A stretch of 64,000 nucleotides of DNA from Macrostomum hystrix (lineage: Eukaryota > Animalia > Platyhelminthes): NCBI GenBank assembly GCA_950097015.1, contig CATNEN010000015.1, forward strand, positions 1,054,001-1,118,000. The letters are read 5' to 3'. The stretch's first letter is position 1. Every line of letters starts with the position of its first letter. Shown here in pieces: positions 13,086-26,760 of this stretch. Under the pieces are notes generated by a model. That model saw only the letters and a list, made by a program, of their open reading frames with translations, did no database searches and had not been told where the DNA came from. The position numbers and the translations under genes are program-made.

Positions 13086-16000
13086 GCCTCGCTTTGGCTC
13101 TAAGGCTCTATGGTTCAAAGGCGGGTCTGCTGCTGCTGGTTGAATTGAATTGCTTGTTTTTGCTGGTGGCAATCCTCACTTCTCGGCGCATTTGGCTTAA
13201 GCAGCGGTTTTTAACAATCGGCTTCTGCCAAACCTCCGTAGAAAAGAAATGGGCGTCTCCCGTCAAAAGAGAGAACTGGCGAAAGAGCTCGCCCTCACCG
13301 GAGTTTCAAAGCGCGCACAGTCTGCCCCCCCATTGGGTGCCAGACTGGCCCAGACGGCACTCTCAAGTATTGGAAGCCGGGGAAGAAGGGAGCATGAGGA
13401 AAATATGCGGGTGATCGAGAGTAAATCGATTTCTTCTCCCGATCAGATCACCCTCCCCAGCCAGTTGGCGGTGGACCTCCCAGTGTTGGTAGCTGCCCTG
13501 GGCTGCTCCGCACAGCCCCAAGTTGTTTCTCCAGCCGAGAATGCTGCAATTGAAACAAGGCACTGGGGTCTGGTGATAGCCGTGCCTTACTGGCTGGGCG
13601 CGTATTGATCAGATCTCAGCTCTCTCTCTGCTTCAGTCCCCTGCTGAGCTGACGCGCAAGTTTCTAATTTTTTTTCGACCAGTTTTTCGCGCTTTTATTG
13701 CCTGGTGGTCCGTAGAGCGCGTCGGAGTCTTTAGCGTTCTTGGATCTCTAAGAAGGACTTTAAGAACCGAATAGGCGACAAGGCGGATAGACAGACGTTG
13801 TACGACATGTAGAGAACTATCGCTAAAATATTCCTGAACGATCCATCCGTTGCGAAGATTTTGAGCAATAAACTTATAAAACCCATAAGAGCCATGACGT
13901 CGTTAAAAAGTTATGTACTCGTGATCAAAATATAAAACGAATGAGTCATAAACTCATACGAGCGTAAGCCCCAACCACTCACTCACCAATGAACATGCCC
14001 CCTCGCGGGCTTGTTCCCCATTGATTGATTGGGCTTTGTTTCTTCAGTGGTATTCAACTCACGCATCCTGTCAGTCAGCGCCAAAATGAGCAGATAAAAA
14101 TATCCTGTTGCCGAAAACCGCTACCAAAAGCAGGCAGTTTCCATATGGGGAACACAGTTGCAGCCATCTATTTTTCTCTGCATTAGTTTAGTCATGAATA
14201 ATTGACAGGCATGAGGCAAAAGCTCCGCGGTCTAACGGACTGGACTTCAATGCAGTGCAAGAGACAGAAACGTGCGCAGGAACTACCGAGCTCAAAATAT
14301 TCTTGAACTCTAGCGCGGAGGGTGAATGCAACGGAAGCATGCGGTATTCGAAAATTAGTGATATATGCGAGAACTGCAGAGGGGAAGACTGATCAGAGGG
14401 TCAGGGGCGGAGGGAAGAAGGATTGGCGAGAGCCGGAGGAAAGGATTAACTGGGATCGAGTGCGGCCTTCTGTATCTGTCCCCACCCCCCACCCGACGGC
14501 TCTGATCCCCAAGCCTTACCCACTCCCCTTCTTGCCGCGTGCAGCTTCTCTCTGCCAGCAGCCATCCAAACCGTCCAGCGAATCCCAGATGGAACTCCCA
14601 TCCCAGCCCGCTCTCTTCCCCATGCCTTCTCCCCTATTCCCCTATGAGGCCAGGTCCTGATCCCTCAGCTGCCAGCCAACCATCCGGCGCCCACCGGCCA
14701 AAAAAGCGTGCCAATCTCTCCTCCAAATGGCCTGCCAGCTCCTAGCACCTCTCTCCCAACCTTACACTTCTTATCCCGTCCAGCCAGCTTGACTCCTCAC
14801 TCCGCAACTCCAGGCATCCCAACTGGCCTCTTCAGACCACAGGAAGAGAGACAGGGAGAGCCTCAACCAGCCGCTGCGTCCAGTGCAAGCACGCATTTTT
14901 CGGAGGCGCTTCGGGGTCACAGCCGCGAAGCCGCACTGCTGACGAACTACAGACCTACCGGCCCACGATTTCTACCGGCAGCCTTTCTGTATATAATTTT
15001 TTCAACCGCACTTCTTTCGGTTCCTCTGAAGCAGTGCTTTTTCTGAGCAGCCTTTGCCAGCTCACGATTCTTACTATTTATTTCTGGAGCGGCAGCAGCA
15101 AGGAGTGAGCGAGGCCGGCAGGGCTCTGGAGGTCCGCTGTCGGCTCTATCTCACCGGTCGGAGGTTTTCAGATACCGCAGCAGTTGGGAGCTTTCTACAT
15201 CGACAGTCATGTCGAAATCGCCTCGAGAGAAGAACAACAGGCAAGATGGGCCCTGTCTTTGCCTTGAAATCTAATATCTCACAAAATGCGTTCGCACTGC
15301 CAGAGTAAAAAAAACTGTAGGAAACGCCCTCCACGAGAAGATTCACCGGCCATGATAGCGAGGGTGGAAGGGTTGAATCGACGGGGTTCCTCATAGATTA
15401 GGAAGATCACCTCATATGGTATTGGGGGCCATGGGCCTTGGAGGCCGAGGTAAACGGGGAGCGCATACGGCCAATGGGACTGTTTATTAACTATTTATGC
15501 CAAACTTTTTGGACGCAGGCCTGGCATCCCCCAGCGCGGAAAAATCCCAGGCTGAATGAAGCGAAAGGTCAGCAGGGAGAAATGAGCCCATTGAATCTGC
15601 GAGCTGCTGCAATAAATATAATGGGATTTTTAGTATTGAGGGGGCTCACAGCCACGAGACTTCCAAGCCAACTTTCTAAATTATACTCAAACTGCCAGTT
15701 AGATTCGGGGATGACTCTAATCTATCTATACGCTGTCATCTGACACTACTATATCTACTGACTACTCTTTTGAATCTACCTTGTCTTCTCTGCCTATACA
15801 CGAGACTGAGAACACGATCTCAACTTGTGCTCAGCGCATGCTCAAAGTGAAGCATGAAAGGCGTATCTGTTGGCAGCGTCATCGATTGATTCATGGAAGA
15901 TCCGATCAAATAAGCGAAAATTCTTCTGGGAGGCGGCATGAGCAGCTCGTCAAGTTTGTCTTCGGTTAGGCTGGTGGCCTTTTTCCTCCGGCGGGTTTTT

Positions 16001-17125
16001 CGCTGTTAGAGCTGGCCTGGGCTTGGTGGCTGGCGCGCCTGATATTTCTGCCGTCTGTCAGAGTCTCGCGTGATCCCTTTATTTGCGAAGCCGCTTAATT
16101 ATTTCGCCCCTCTATTTATTCCAACTGCCCTGCAGCCGCAAGAAATATTGGTCTCCTACGCGGCTGCGGCCCAGTGAAAGACTCGGCCTGAGTTATGCCA
16201 TTTCGTATGGCAAGATAATTTTTTGGCCATTGTTGGTCCGTGAAGGGCTGGACGCTCGGCTTCCGCTGCTCCGCAAGAGCCGAAGATAATCTGAGCTTCC
16301 CCTTATCCCATTGATTTTTGTCTCCATGCCCTATCTGGAATCTGTTAGGTTTTAGAATCTTTGAACGTATTTTTAGAAATATTTTTATTTATTTAAACGG
16401 ATTGCTTTCCATGGGAGTCACTGAGAAGTTCTGAATCTGTAGAGGGCTGGGAATCCGGATGCTCCCAGTCCACGATTTTTTAGGAGGTTTTTTGGCTGCG
16501 GAAACATCTGTTGGGGATGCGCTGCTCTCTTAAATAGGGGAACAGAGGAAGAGGAGTTACTTTCATAGAGGCAGAGGGTGACAATGCAAAAAATTAAACC
16601 CTGTTATCACCGCGAAGCAAGCCCTAGATTTATGAGGTTGCTGGCAATCTGCCATATAGCTGCACTTTACTCACTTTGACATAGCTGCAGAAGTCAGCAT
16701 TCCGCTTGCCCCCAGAGAAGCAGCTAACGTTGCGGTGTCGCGCAGGGGGATTTGACGTTGACAGCGTCTGTAGAGTGGTCCCCCTCCTGAGAGTCCAGGG
16801 GGTGTAGGGACGCTGGCTCAGGTAGCGGACAAGGTCAGGTTTTTTTAGCAGAACGCTTAATTTATCATTGCTTGCGCACTTGCTGGAGCTAATACTTTGG
16901 CTGGTCTGGCGGCCCCTGATCAGGACAGCTGTTGATAAGCGTCGATTAGATGTACCACAAGCTGTTTATCCGGCCCAACTAGGTGTAGTTTATATCTATC
17001 TGTCTTGTGTAAACTATGAGACTCGTTTGAAGCTCTGACTCTCATGGGAGATCGAGTGCAATATACTTCATTCGTGAAGCTCCTCTGAGAGCTCTCTATG
17101 TAAGGTAAAATGCAAAAATTGACAG

Positions 17126-20100
17126 GAGTGCCAGCCTGCGCCGAGCCGCCCACCAGCTGCTCAGTCGCGAAGAATGCGAGACCTTCAAGGCCGCGTTGCG
17201 AGCCTTCCGCGAGACGACAACGGCAGGTCAGCTGATCACTAGCCTAGAGAAGATTATCGACTCGCCGAAGAAGCTCGGCCTTCTGCGCGAGATTGCCCTC
17301 CTTCTGCCCGTCGAACAGAGGCGAGACTTCATCAGCATGTCCCGCCAGCGCTTCAAAGGCTCTGAGCTGCTGCTGCAGGAGGAAAACATAGCCCAGGAGG
17401 CAGCTATTCGAAGCAGTCGCTTGAAGAGCAACAGCTCTGCGTGCCTCCCGTCGATTGTGGAGCCGTCGCCAACGCCTCTCATCCGGCAGCAGCTTCAACT
17501 GCAACTTCAGCGGCAGCCGCAGAGGCCAGGTGGCGCATCAGCAACCTTCAGCGGCAAGCGGCTTAGCATCCACCAGCTGGGCCTGGCTGAGAGCACACTC
17601 AGCAAATTGGAGCGCGCAGTCGGTCTAGCAGAGAAAATCACCCTGGCTGACAGTGCACCGATTCGAAGGCTCAAGGACGACTCGGCACCTCGCGTCATCA
17701 AGCTTAATTCTGCAACGTTCCAGGTAATTTTTGGTGGTGTTTGTTGCATTTTAGCTCGCCTGTCAAGCTATTGCCACTTTAAACCTTGGTCACAGGTTCG
17801 CTATAAGTCGCAGATTTCGCCCATCACGGGGCTGTCGCACGGCGGCAGCGTCAGCGTTGTTCAAATTGCTGGTCCATCAACCTCCTATTCAAGTCGGTCT
17901 CTCGATGCTGGATCTAACGCAGCCGCTGGTGCCGCCGCTGCTCCAGCTAAATTTCAATCGCTTGGCTTTGTCCGGCAGCAGCATCCGCAGATATCCGTCA
18001 TCAAGGAGGAGTCGCCAACAGATGAGGCGAATACCGGGAGCGGAGCGCGTGGCAGTCCAGCTGGTGGGAAATCCCCAGCTAAGACAGCCTCGGCTGCGTC
18101 CGCTTCTGCATCAACAGCAGTGGCGACTGCACAGGATCCAGATGACGAGCTCATGGAGCGGATCAAGAACCAGATGACAAAGCCGCGACCACCTCTGGCT
18201 GCGTTACAGGACAAGGGTTTCTGGGCACTTAACAGTCCGCGTAGGAATTTACAGGAGCAGCGCAAGCAAGAGCGCCGGCTTCTACACGAGTCTGCTCAGG
18301 AGCTCATGCAGGCGCATGTCTCGCCCTCGGAAAGTCCTTCAACGGTGGTCACCGAAGTTCTGGTAACTGACCCGCCTAAAACACCACCGTTGCGCGCACA
18401 TTCTCCAGCCCCGCCACAGGAGGAGGTACACATCATGCCGTGCCATGACGAGACCAATCATGGAATCTGCGATGTTATCATGGATCGGCCTGACTCTGAG
18501 GTCACAACCGGCTTTTCAACTGACACTGACAACGAAAATACTCAGCCATTAGCAGCTGCAGCGATGGCAGCCGCCGCAACTGCAGCGCTGGTTCTATCCG
18601 CTTCTGCGCCGCCGACTCTCGACTTTGGCGATGCAGTGACAGCGGACGGCGAATTGACACCTCCAGCGCAGAACCATCTTCAGGATGCTGAAGTTGACGA
18701 GAGTGCCAAAAAGGCAGCAGAGGTTGTCGAAGAAGAGGATGCAGTGGATGCGCTGGAAGATGCAGTTGAGCGAGCCGAATCAGCTGAGGTTTCGACGGAA
18801 GGGGCCCATGCAAGCAGAAGTAAGTATGCTGACGAAGATGCCAATCCAGATGAGAATGAGGTCGCGGTTGGCGATGAGGACTTGGATGCAGATGCAGACA
18901 TTGACGCCGATGCTGACGCCGATAATGTTGACTTACTGGCGACGAAAGAAGTGCAAGAAGAGTCGGACAGTCGAGACAGCGAGGCTGAACAGGAGGCCAG
19001 GCGGGACAGCGCGGAACTCATTAGCAGACGGTCAGTGTCCATGGTGGAGGTGGCCGAGTCCAGTGGTGTTGGGGATGGTAAGTCTATCAAACATGTACTT
19101 TTATGCGCATCACTGATGCATCACTAGCGGCAGTTTTAGATGTTAGAAGTGAACTTTTTAATAAGCAGGACAATAGCCATAACCGTGGGCTGCCGGTGAG
19201 TCTGATATTTGCATGTGCAACGGTTCAATCGCAACCGTCAGCTTCAATCGCAAGCTATAAACGTCTGTGAAAAGTGCAAGCAAAAAGAGGGGCGACGAAT
19301 AAAGATTCTACCGGCCTGGTGTGGAAATCGGATTATTCCACAGCAATGGGCGTGGATACGCGGATCGGGCCGGGGCAATAAGAAGGCACTCGAGACCGCC
19401 CTGATTTCGGCGCCTCGAGTCATTTCAGCCCCTGGGTGCGCTTGAAAGCTTAGACGGCACAGGCAGCGATGCATTCGACTTCGCAGACAAATTTGCGCCA
19501 GACAGACAGCTAGGATAGCAACTAAGGTTTCAAGTAACAGGCGTGCATAATTCAAGCCCAGCTGCAGGGGAACAGAAACCGATTAAATATGCGTTCCCTT
19601 GCAGTCCGATCGCGTGGGTAACAAAAGTCAGAAAGGAATTACTTTTAGTACTTTGATAAAAATGGCCCAAATGCGACCAGCAAGGCAGACAGTTGTCAGC
19701 AAAGCGGATGATACAGTGCATTTGAGATTAATTCTGTAGTGAAACTCGCGCAGCGATGATAGCTTAGCTGCCTGGTGCGCTGAGCTTTGCCAGCTTACAC
19801 AAAATTTAGCTGAAAAGAAAATAAGCAGCAGCGAACACGCGAAAGAAAATGGACACCGAAAACATTGAGGCAAGATGGGATGCAACTGGGCTGAAAAGAA
19901 CATCCCGTGGAACCGGGGGAGAGGCTAGCTGAGGTGAAGGAAAGGAAAGATACTTCCCTCTAACAGAGGCCGTTTAAAGGGGCGGAGAGTTATATACTGC
20001 CAGAGCCGTAGAGAGAGGCACACCAGGGATCAAGAAGAATGATGCAGGGCAGCGCTTTTGACGTTCTTTTGACAAGAACGAATGCATTGGCGTTGGGTGG

Positions 20101-20323
20101 CTCCCCCTACCTAGTCTTGCAAGCCTGGAAATGGTCAAAGTCAGGCATAGCTACCAGAATGCGGTATGGGCAAGTTGATATCGCCCCGTAGTTGAACCGA
20201 TAGTGCATGCAGCAGAAACTTCAAACCGGTAAGAACCCAAACGGTATTAAGTGGGAAACTGAGGCGCTTGCACAAGGAGAGCGCTATAAGTAGGGCGGCA
20301 ATATAGACAATCGAGGCATCAGT

Positions 20324-20355
<32 letters not shown>

Positions 20356-23300
20356 TGTTCTCCCAAAGCAAAGCCACCTAACCTGGAATGCAATCACGTG
20401 ATCCTCTTGCATCTTCACGGGCATGCGCACTTTCCACTCCTAAGTGGAAGCTACAGAAAGGCGCGAAGTGCTTGGAAAGTTTGTGTTTAAACTCCTATTT
20501 ACTAACATCTTAACTTGTGCAGCAAAGGTTATGCATAGAAAAATTGGCGCCGCCTGAGGACTGACGCCTGAGCACACGCACACAGATACCACACGTAGGC
20601 ACACACTCACACGCGGGCGTACATCTACGCTCGTAGCCTGACCTGTGCATTGGGCGTTGGCCCTTATGGGAGTCAATTGCACGCCAGGCCTCCAAGCCCT
20701 CTCTTCGCGGCTGCGCCCAATATTTATGTGGTCTCCCCGGGGTTTAGGGACCTTGGTCCGAAATGCCAACGCTTTGAGCCCTCTGCCACTCACAGCTTGG
20801 TCCTTCTGAGCTCCGTCAATAAGTGCGTGAATAGAACAGTTGAATTGACCGCGAAATCTCATTGCTACGAGCTTTATTTATGCAGTGATTTTATTCTTTT
20901 TAGAAACCTTTTGGATATAGATTATACATATTTTATCACAAATTTAGCATTTAAATTTGGACTGAGTTTCTGCAGTGTGCCTCTGGACACATCAAAAAGT
21001 AATTATGGAACAAATTAATCCCGGCCAAAGCCTCAGGCCATGCCTAGAAGGTGGAACAGTCAAAGCGGTGAATGAGGCATGCCGATCGTGAAATGGCAAT
21101 AGCAGCAAAATGGCTATTGCTGATTCCCTGTTCCTCAGCGTCTATCCCTCCGCCCTGCTGCGCCAGGCCCAACCAACGACTATCTGTCCGTCTGTCAGCA
21201 GCAGCTGCTGCCATAATTTGGCCATGAGGATCACCTCTCTGTTGAGACTTCCGCATTGCTAATAAATCGCTTTGCCCCAGTGTCTTTCAGTTTGTGTATC
21301 TCTCTGCCCCTAACCTTAGTACCTCTGCCTTGGATCCCGGACTCCGTCCAGATGCTCCCGCGGTTTGCGCACTATAGTAGGTGGCTGCATATCCCGTATT
21401 AAAATATGAAAGCTGCTGGAACTGAGGGATAAATTTGATTAGCTGCGTACATGCACCGCTGCGCGATACTGTCGAGACTAATAAATTATACGTTAGAAAA
21501 CGTGTATTTCTCGATGAAAATCTACACTTGTATTATTAATGTTTATATTTTTTCCACATTTTCAGGCCCCGGCGACAGCAAGACCCACCTGAGGCAGGTG
21601 CGCGAGAAGAGCAGTTCCCTGCAACGGGACGTTAAGCCCGGACGCCGTGACGATGGCAGCTCGTCGCCACCGCCACCTCCGCCGATGCCGCCATCAACAA
21701 CAACCACCTCCGTCATGTCATCCGCGGTCAGAGCAAAGTTTTCGAGTAGCCCACCCGTGGCTGACAACCAACTCTACAAGATGCTCTATGGGCCCAGTAC
21801 GGGGAGCGGAAAGGAGGAAGACGATCAAGTACTTTGATTAATTCGTCTTTTTACGTGTTACGCCACGCAGTTGTGGCTTAGATTAAAAAAACTTATTTTA
21901 CTGTAACACATAGAACTACTTACTAACTAACTTTTAATGATCGATCCACAGGTCTCAGTGACGTCATCTGTGCTAGAAAGTGAGTACCTAAAGTCGCGTC
22001 TCCTTCAGAGTTGGCCAGCCGGAGGCGCTGCAGCTGCGACGTCGGCAGCGTCAGCAGCGTCAGCAGCCCCCTCGACAACGGGAACATCGAGAGTAACTGC
22101 TGGATGTCAGACTGAGGCTCAGCTAACACCAGAAGGCCATGCCGACTTTGGCCTCCAGGTCTCCATACACTCCGACTGCAGTGGAGGCAACGGCGGCGTC
22201 AGAGGCGACGGCGAATCAGTCGGAGACGCTTTCCGCAGGCTGAAACCGGCCACTCAGGTGGACAGTCGGGAGGTGCAGTGCGATCTGGGCAGGCCGCTAC
22301 TGCAGGACTCTACGACATCGCCCGCAGATAGTGAGTTTTCGGTTCCAGATTTGGGAGATATCTGTTGGTTTGGTAGCATCATCCGGGTGGGGCGATGGAG
22401 GTTAATTGTTAGCAGCACCTGTTTGGAATCACAAAAGCTTTAAATTCGAAAAGACAAGCACGAGTACTTTCAAAAACTGATTTCGCTGCCTTTCCTTCTA
22501 GAAACTTGTTTTCTTAAGCCCGATTTAAATTTTGACCAAATTGACTCACAAAAATATTATTTTATAAGGGCCTCTTTAAAAATCACATTCCTGTACTCTC
22601 ATGCTTCATTGAGCGTCACTAAATGGAACTAGATGTCGGTGTGAATGGGTGCAGAGATTGCATCACATCATCGTCTGGTTGTACTAGCGTACTAATCATA
22701 AGTTGCTCAACTCTTGTCGTATTGAATTTTTCAATGTCATTTTAATCGCTACAGCATGTGGTTTCTTTTAAAATATTATTTCTTTTTTCAATACCAAATC
22801 AATTTTTCATGTTGGTTGAATGAACTAAAAAATCCGTCAAACACCAAGCGCAGCCTTTCATCGGGTAGCCAATTTTGCATATGGACCCCCCCGAAATGGT
22901 CTCCCCGTTTTTTCTCTGGTCGAGTGAGCAGCTGCTATCGCAACTCGACACACGTCCACTCAGACAGCTCCTGCAGCCCTGCCCCCCCTTGCCGGATGCA
23001 TAATCAAGCAGATTTTTTAATGTCCAATGATGATGCTTCTGAACCCAGCTGGCTGTTTTTCATTTGGCTTTTGCTGCACTATATCGTGAAATCGATTTCG
23101 ATTCTATTATTTCATCCGGCGACTGTAGCTTATCTGTGGCCTTCAACTTAATTAGATATTTTATACTGTAAAGTTTTGCTTAAACTTGTGTGCTTCTGGA
23201 AAGCAGTTTGGCAGCATTGTTTGCATAAAAATAAGTTTACCATTCCGATTTAAAATACAAGTTAAACACTATACGCACCGAAGGGGATGGCAATTGAAAT

Positions 23301-25381
23301 AAAGCAGTGGAAAAGTCGTGTCTGCATTCCAGCATTGTGGCAGCATTCGGGGCAGATATAAATCAGCCAACTCTCTGTCTGTCCCGCGCGCCTTCAGCGG
23401 CCAGCCATAAAGAGGACGAGCAGGCAGCGGGGGTGGAAAAGTGGAAGAGGAGAGGAGAGCAGGCGGAAGACACGGGCCAGTTTGCTCTGCTCGGAGACCA
23501 GAATGGCTAATCTATCTCTGAGCATTTTAGGCAAATGCTGCTTGCTTTTGCTGCTGGCCCACGCAAAGCATTCTTGCCCGATGTATTGACGCGGTGACAG
23601 GCACCCAGCCATCGGGCCAACGGAAATTCAGATCAATTTCATTTCCCGATTACCGGAATTCCAGCTCCCCATATGACCTTAGCAGTCACCAGGGAAAAAG
23701 AGGCGAAACTGCTCATGGGGCTTGACTGTCTCAAATTGCACCGAGTTGACTAATAGAGGTCACGATATTCCGTTTATAGAAAAGGAATTCTAAAGTACTT
23801 CTCAACCTGCCAACTTGTTAACGACTAACAAATATTTATAAAAAATTGAAACGTAAATAGGAAAGGCTTCTTTGACGTAAAATTCAAATAATTCTTCACT
23901 CAGAAGGCTTCTTATGTAGCGCAGTCATAGGATTTGCCCTGGTATTTCTGAAGCCCTTCAAAAATGATTGAAAGACAATTTACATCCACGCAGGCCTGAA
24001 CCTCCCTGGCAGTCGACGAAGGACGCCCCCATCGCCGCTGGCTCTGTCCCTTGCCAAGCCGCAAATCAAGCGCGAAGCCGTCCAGTCGCCACCACCGGCA
24101 GCCTTCGTGGCCAAAGACTCGAAGCCGGTACTGGCAGCTCATGAGGGGAGGCAAGAAATTGAGGCGGAGGAAGAAGAGCTGGATGATGTCCTGCAAGAGG
24201 CGGAGCTGTTGTACGCGATGAATGCCACCGAGGAGGATTCCGCAGCCAAAACTGCCGCACGGCAGCATGAAAATGCACAGCAGGCAGACAAGAAGCAGGA
24301 ACTAACAGCTGCGGCGGCTGAGTTAGCTCAGCGATCGGTGCACCAAGAGACTACTCAGCCGATTTCTATCGACTCGAGCAGACGAAATCAGAGGACCAGA
24401 CGCAGCAGCAGCAGCATCAGCAACACTGACGACTCATCGATGCCGTCAGCTTTAGCTCCCGCCGCTGCTGCAGCTGCTGGCACAGGGTTGGCATCGGCAT
24501 CTGTTTCGACAGCGGCTACGATGTCATCTACCGCAGCGATGCCGCAGTTTCCAACGTACCCGGCAGCCGCCGCAGCCGCAGCCCACGGCGGAGGCCCGCC
24601 GTCATCGGAATTTCCGTTCGGCTACTTCTTTCCGCCGCCACAGCCACCACCGCCGATGATGCTGAACTCACAGTCCCAGTCGCGGCCAATTTCGCCTCTC
24701 TCACGCAGCAGCCAGCAGCAGCAGCAGCAGCAGCAGATGCCATACAGCTCTTCCTATCCTGGCAATTTGTTCTTTCAGTGGATGACGGGCCAGATGATGA
24801 TGCAGGCGGCCGCAGCTCAGATGCCGTACGCTGGCTTCTCACCTGCCGACTTCTTCAACCAATTCTACGGCCAGTACCATCACCAGCAGCCGCAGCAGCA
24901 GCAGCCGGTGGCCACCGAGCCGGATGTGCGCCAGATAACGCTTAATAAAGCCAGAGGCACATTTGGTTTGTCCGTCACGATGGCGAAACGGGAGGGCGAC
25001 TTGCCCGCAGTTCTGGTGTCCTCTGTTGCTACGGGATCTCCAGCTTATCAGCAGGTAAGACAGACTTTAGGATGACAATTTAATGCGTTTAATTTCCTAT
25101 TTCAGTTTTCTACACAAACTTTTTTATTGCCACCAGTCTGTTGTGAATGGTAGGTACTCGTTTCGGACACAATGCGCGCACAACTAAATTATAAAATGCT
25201 AACCTAGACTTTGTGTTCCGAACCGCCTCCATAGGGCATACAACCTGGAGACGAGCTGCTGGAGCTTGAAGGCGAGAAAGTGTCCAACATGACGCTGCAC
25301 CAGCTGGGCATGGCTATCCGCAACCAGAGCAAAATCCGCCTCGCCGTGCGGGCCAAGCACAACACGGAGTCGGCAGTCTGA
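17126..25381 (+). CDS. WHRN: Whirlin/PDZD7/harmonin-family scaffold: harmonin-N-like domain, long low-complexity and Pro-rich region, C-terminal PDZ
   Basis: Phase-consistent exons: 17126-17723, 17796-19077, 21566-21828, 21952-22330, 23994-25054, 25235-25381 (TGA). Harmonin-N-like segment: LRRAAHQLLSREECETFKAALRAFRE..LITSLEKIIDSPKKLGLLREIALLLPVEQRRDF. PDZ: QITLNKARGTFGLSVT..VLVSSVATGSPAYQQ/GIQPGDELLELEGEKV. The start codon is unresolved. Confidence 0.75.
20323..20355. repeat. (TG)n microsatellite in whirlin-like intron
   Basis: The run TGTGCGTGTGCGTGTGTGTG.. is read directly. Confidence 0.9.
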
Positions 25382-26760
25382 GCACCGCATTGTCTATAGC
25401 TAGTGGGCCCTCGCATCCATTAATCTCAATCGCAGAATTCTAGAACTCCTCATGCATAGCATGTATAGTGAGCGCACGGCAGTGGCGCCCTTGATTTCTT
25501 TGCTATTCTAAACTTGTCACGCAGCTCATTTTATAAGGCTTGGTCGTTCTCATCCATTTACTCCCTAGCCGATGGAGTCCCCGACAGTGTCTGTCGCTTT
25601 CTTTGCCTTTGCGCGCTGCTTAAAATGCTAATCAATTGTTTAAAATTCTACAGCTACCCTTGTGTGAGATTTGGAGCTCGCGTTGCTGGCGTTGTACAAT
25701 TTACCGAACTATTAGAATTACAGTAAGCCTATGCTGCTTGTTATGCGACGTCGAGCGCTAGACCTGGAGTAAATAAATATCCATCTTTCATAGCACCTCG
25801 TGATGAGCAATGAATCTTTCAAGTGAGTCATGCAGTCAAGCTTCTCATTATGCGCTTCTCAATAGGCTTCTTGCGACTGCCGATGTAGTATTTTCTAGCC
25901 CACTTACCAACCAGATAGCAGCGTTACGTTCGGGGCCTTTCATGCTCTCGGACTTGGTCTAGTTTTACCAGTTGCTTCAACGACATTCATGTGCTCATTT
26001 TATAGACGTGCAATATTAGTCCAAACGTTTGGTTGAGCATATAAAGATGTTGGCCCGACAAGTCCTGTTTAACTGAATGCTTCTGGCACAAACAGGGACA
26101 CCTGAATATCTCCTGAATTCCTAAGCAGCTCCTCAAATTTAATTTGATGTCCGTGAAGCGTTTGTCATTTATCGGTCGTTGTTTTTAACTCGCTTAACTG
26201 CTAAATCAAATAAACTGGCAACGCGCGCATCCACGGCATATTTAGTCAGTAGCCGTGAGTTTTACCGTTATTTTGTGTGTAAAGGCCCTACTATGCCTAG
26301 TCTAGACAATAAATCAAAGACAAAAGCTATGTATTGTGTGCTGCCTAATACCAGTAGTCATCAATGCATTCATGGGCTTAACTTATCGAAATTAAATTGT
26401 TTTATGTCATCACGATCGTATTTGTTTAGAACGGTTAAACGGTAAGATACTGCTCGGTGCACCAAGAGACTAACTAGTAACAATGCCTCACTCCTCTGGC
26501 ACAAGCAAGCACATGTACTCAAGCACACGCTTATACTCGTACACTAAATATACGCTGTATATATTCAGATGTGTTTGTTATCTGAATGATATTTTTCACC
26601 AAGAAAGGACTTAAAAAGAAAGGAAACTTATGTATCCCACAACATGGAATACTATGTACTCGCCAGGCAAACTTCGATTCAAAACCTTTACAAAGTAGCA
26701 ATACTTCTTTGTTGTGATTTAATAGTTTTCTATGTACTGTATTTTTCGGTGCCCTCTCAC

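Noticed and set aside
12797-13608. Plus-strand ORFs (205 aa and 119 aa) overlapping the RIM-BP-like 5' end
   Set aside because: The first is largely the antisense of poly-Gln codons. Neither starts with ATG or has a recognisable domain.
14322-16300. Protein-coding gene in the GC-rich spacer
   Set aside because: Only short ORFs without recognisable domains or a consistent splice chain were found. Left unassigned.
20440-20862. 140-aa minus-strand ORF in a whirlin-like intron as a gene or Penelope fragment
   Set aside because: No convincing motif; the resemblance to an endonuclease tail is too weak.
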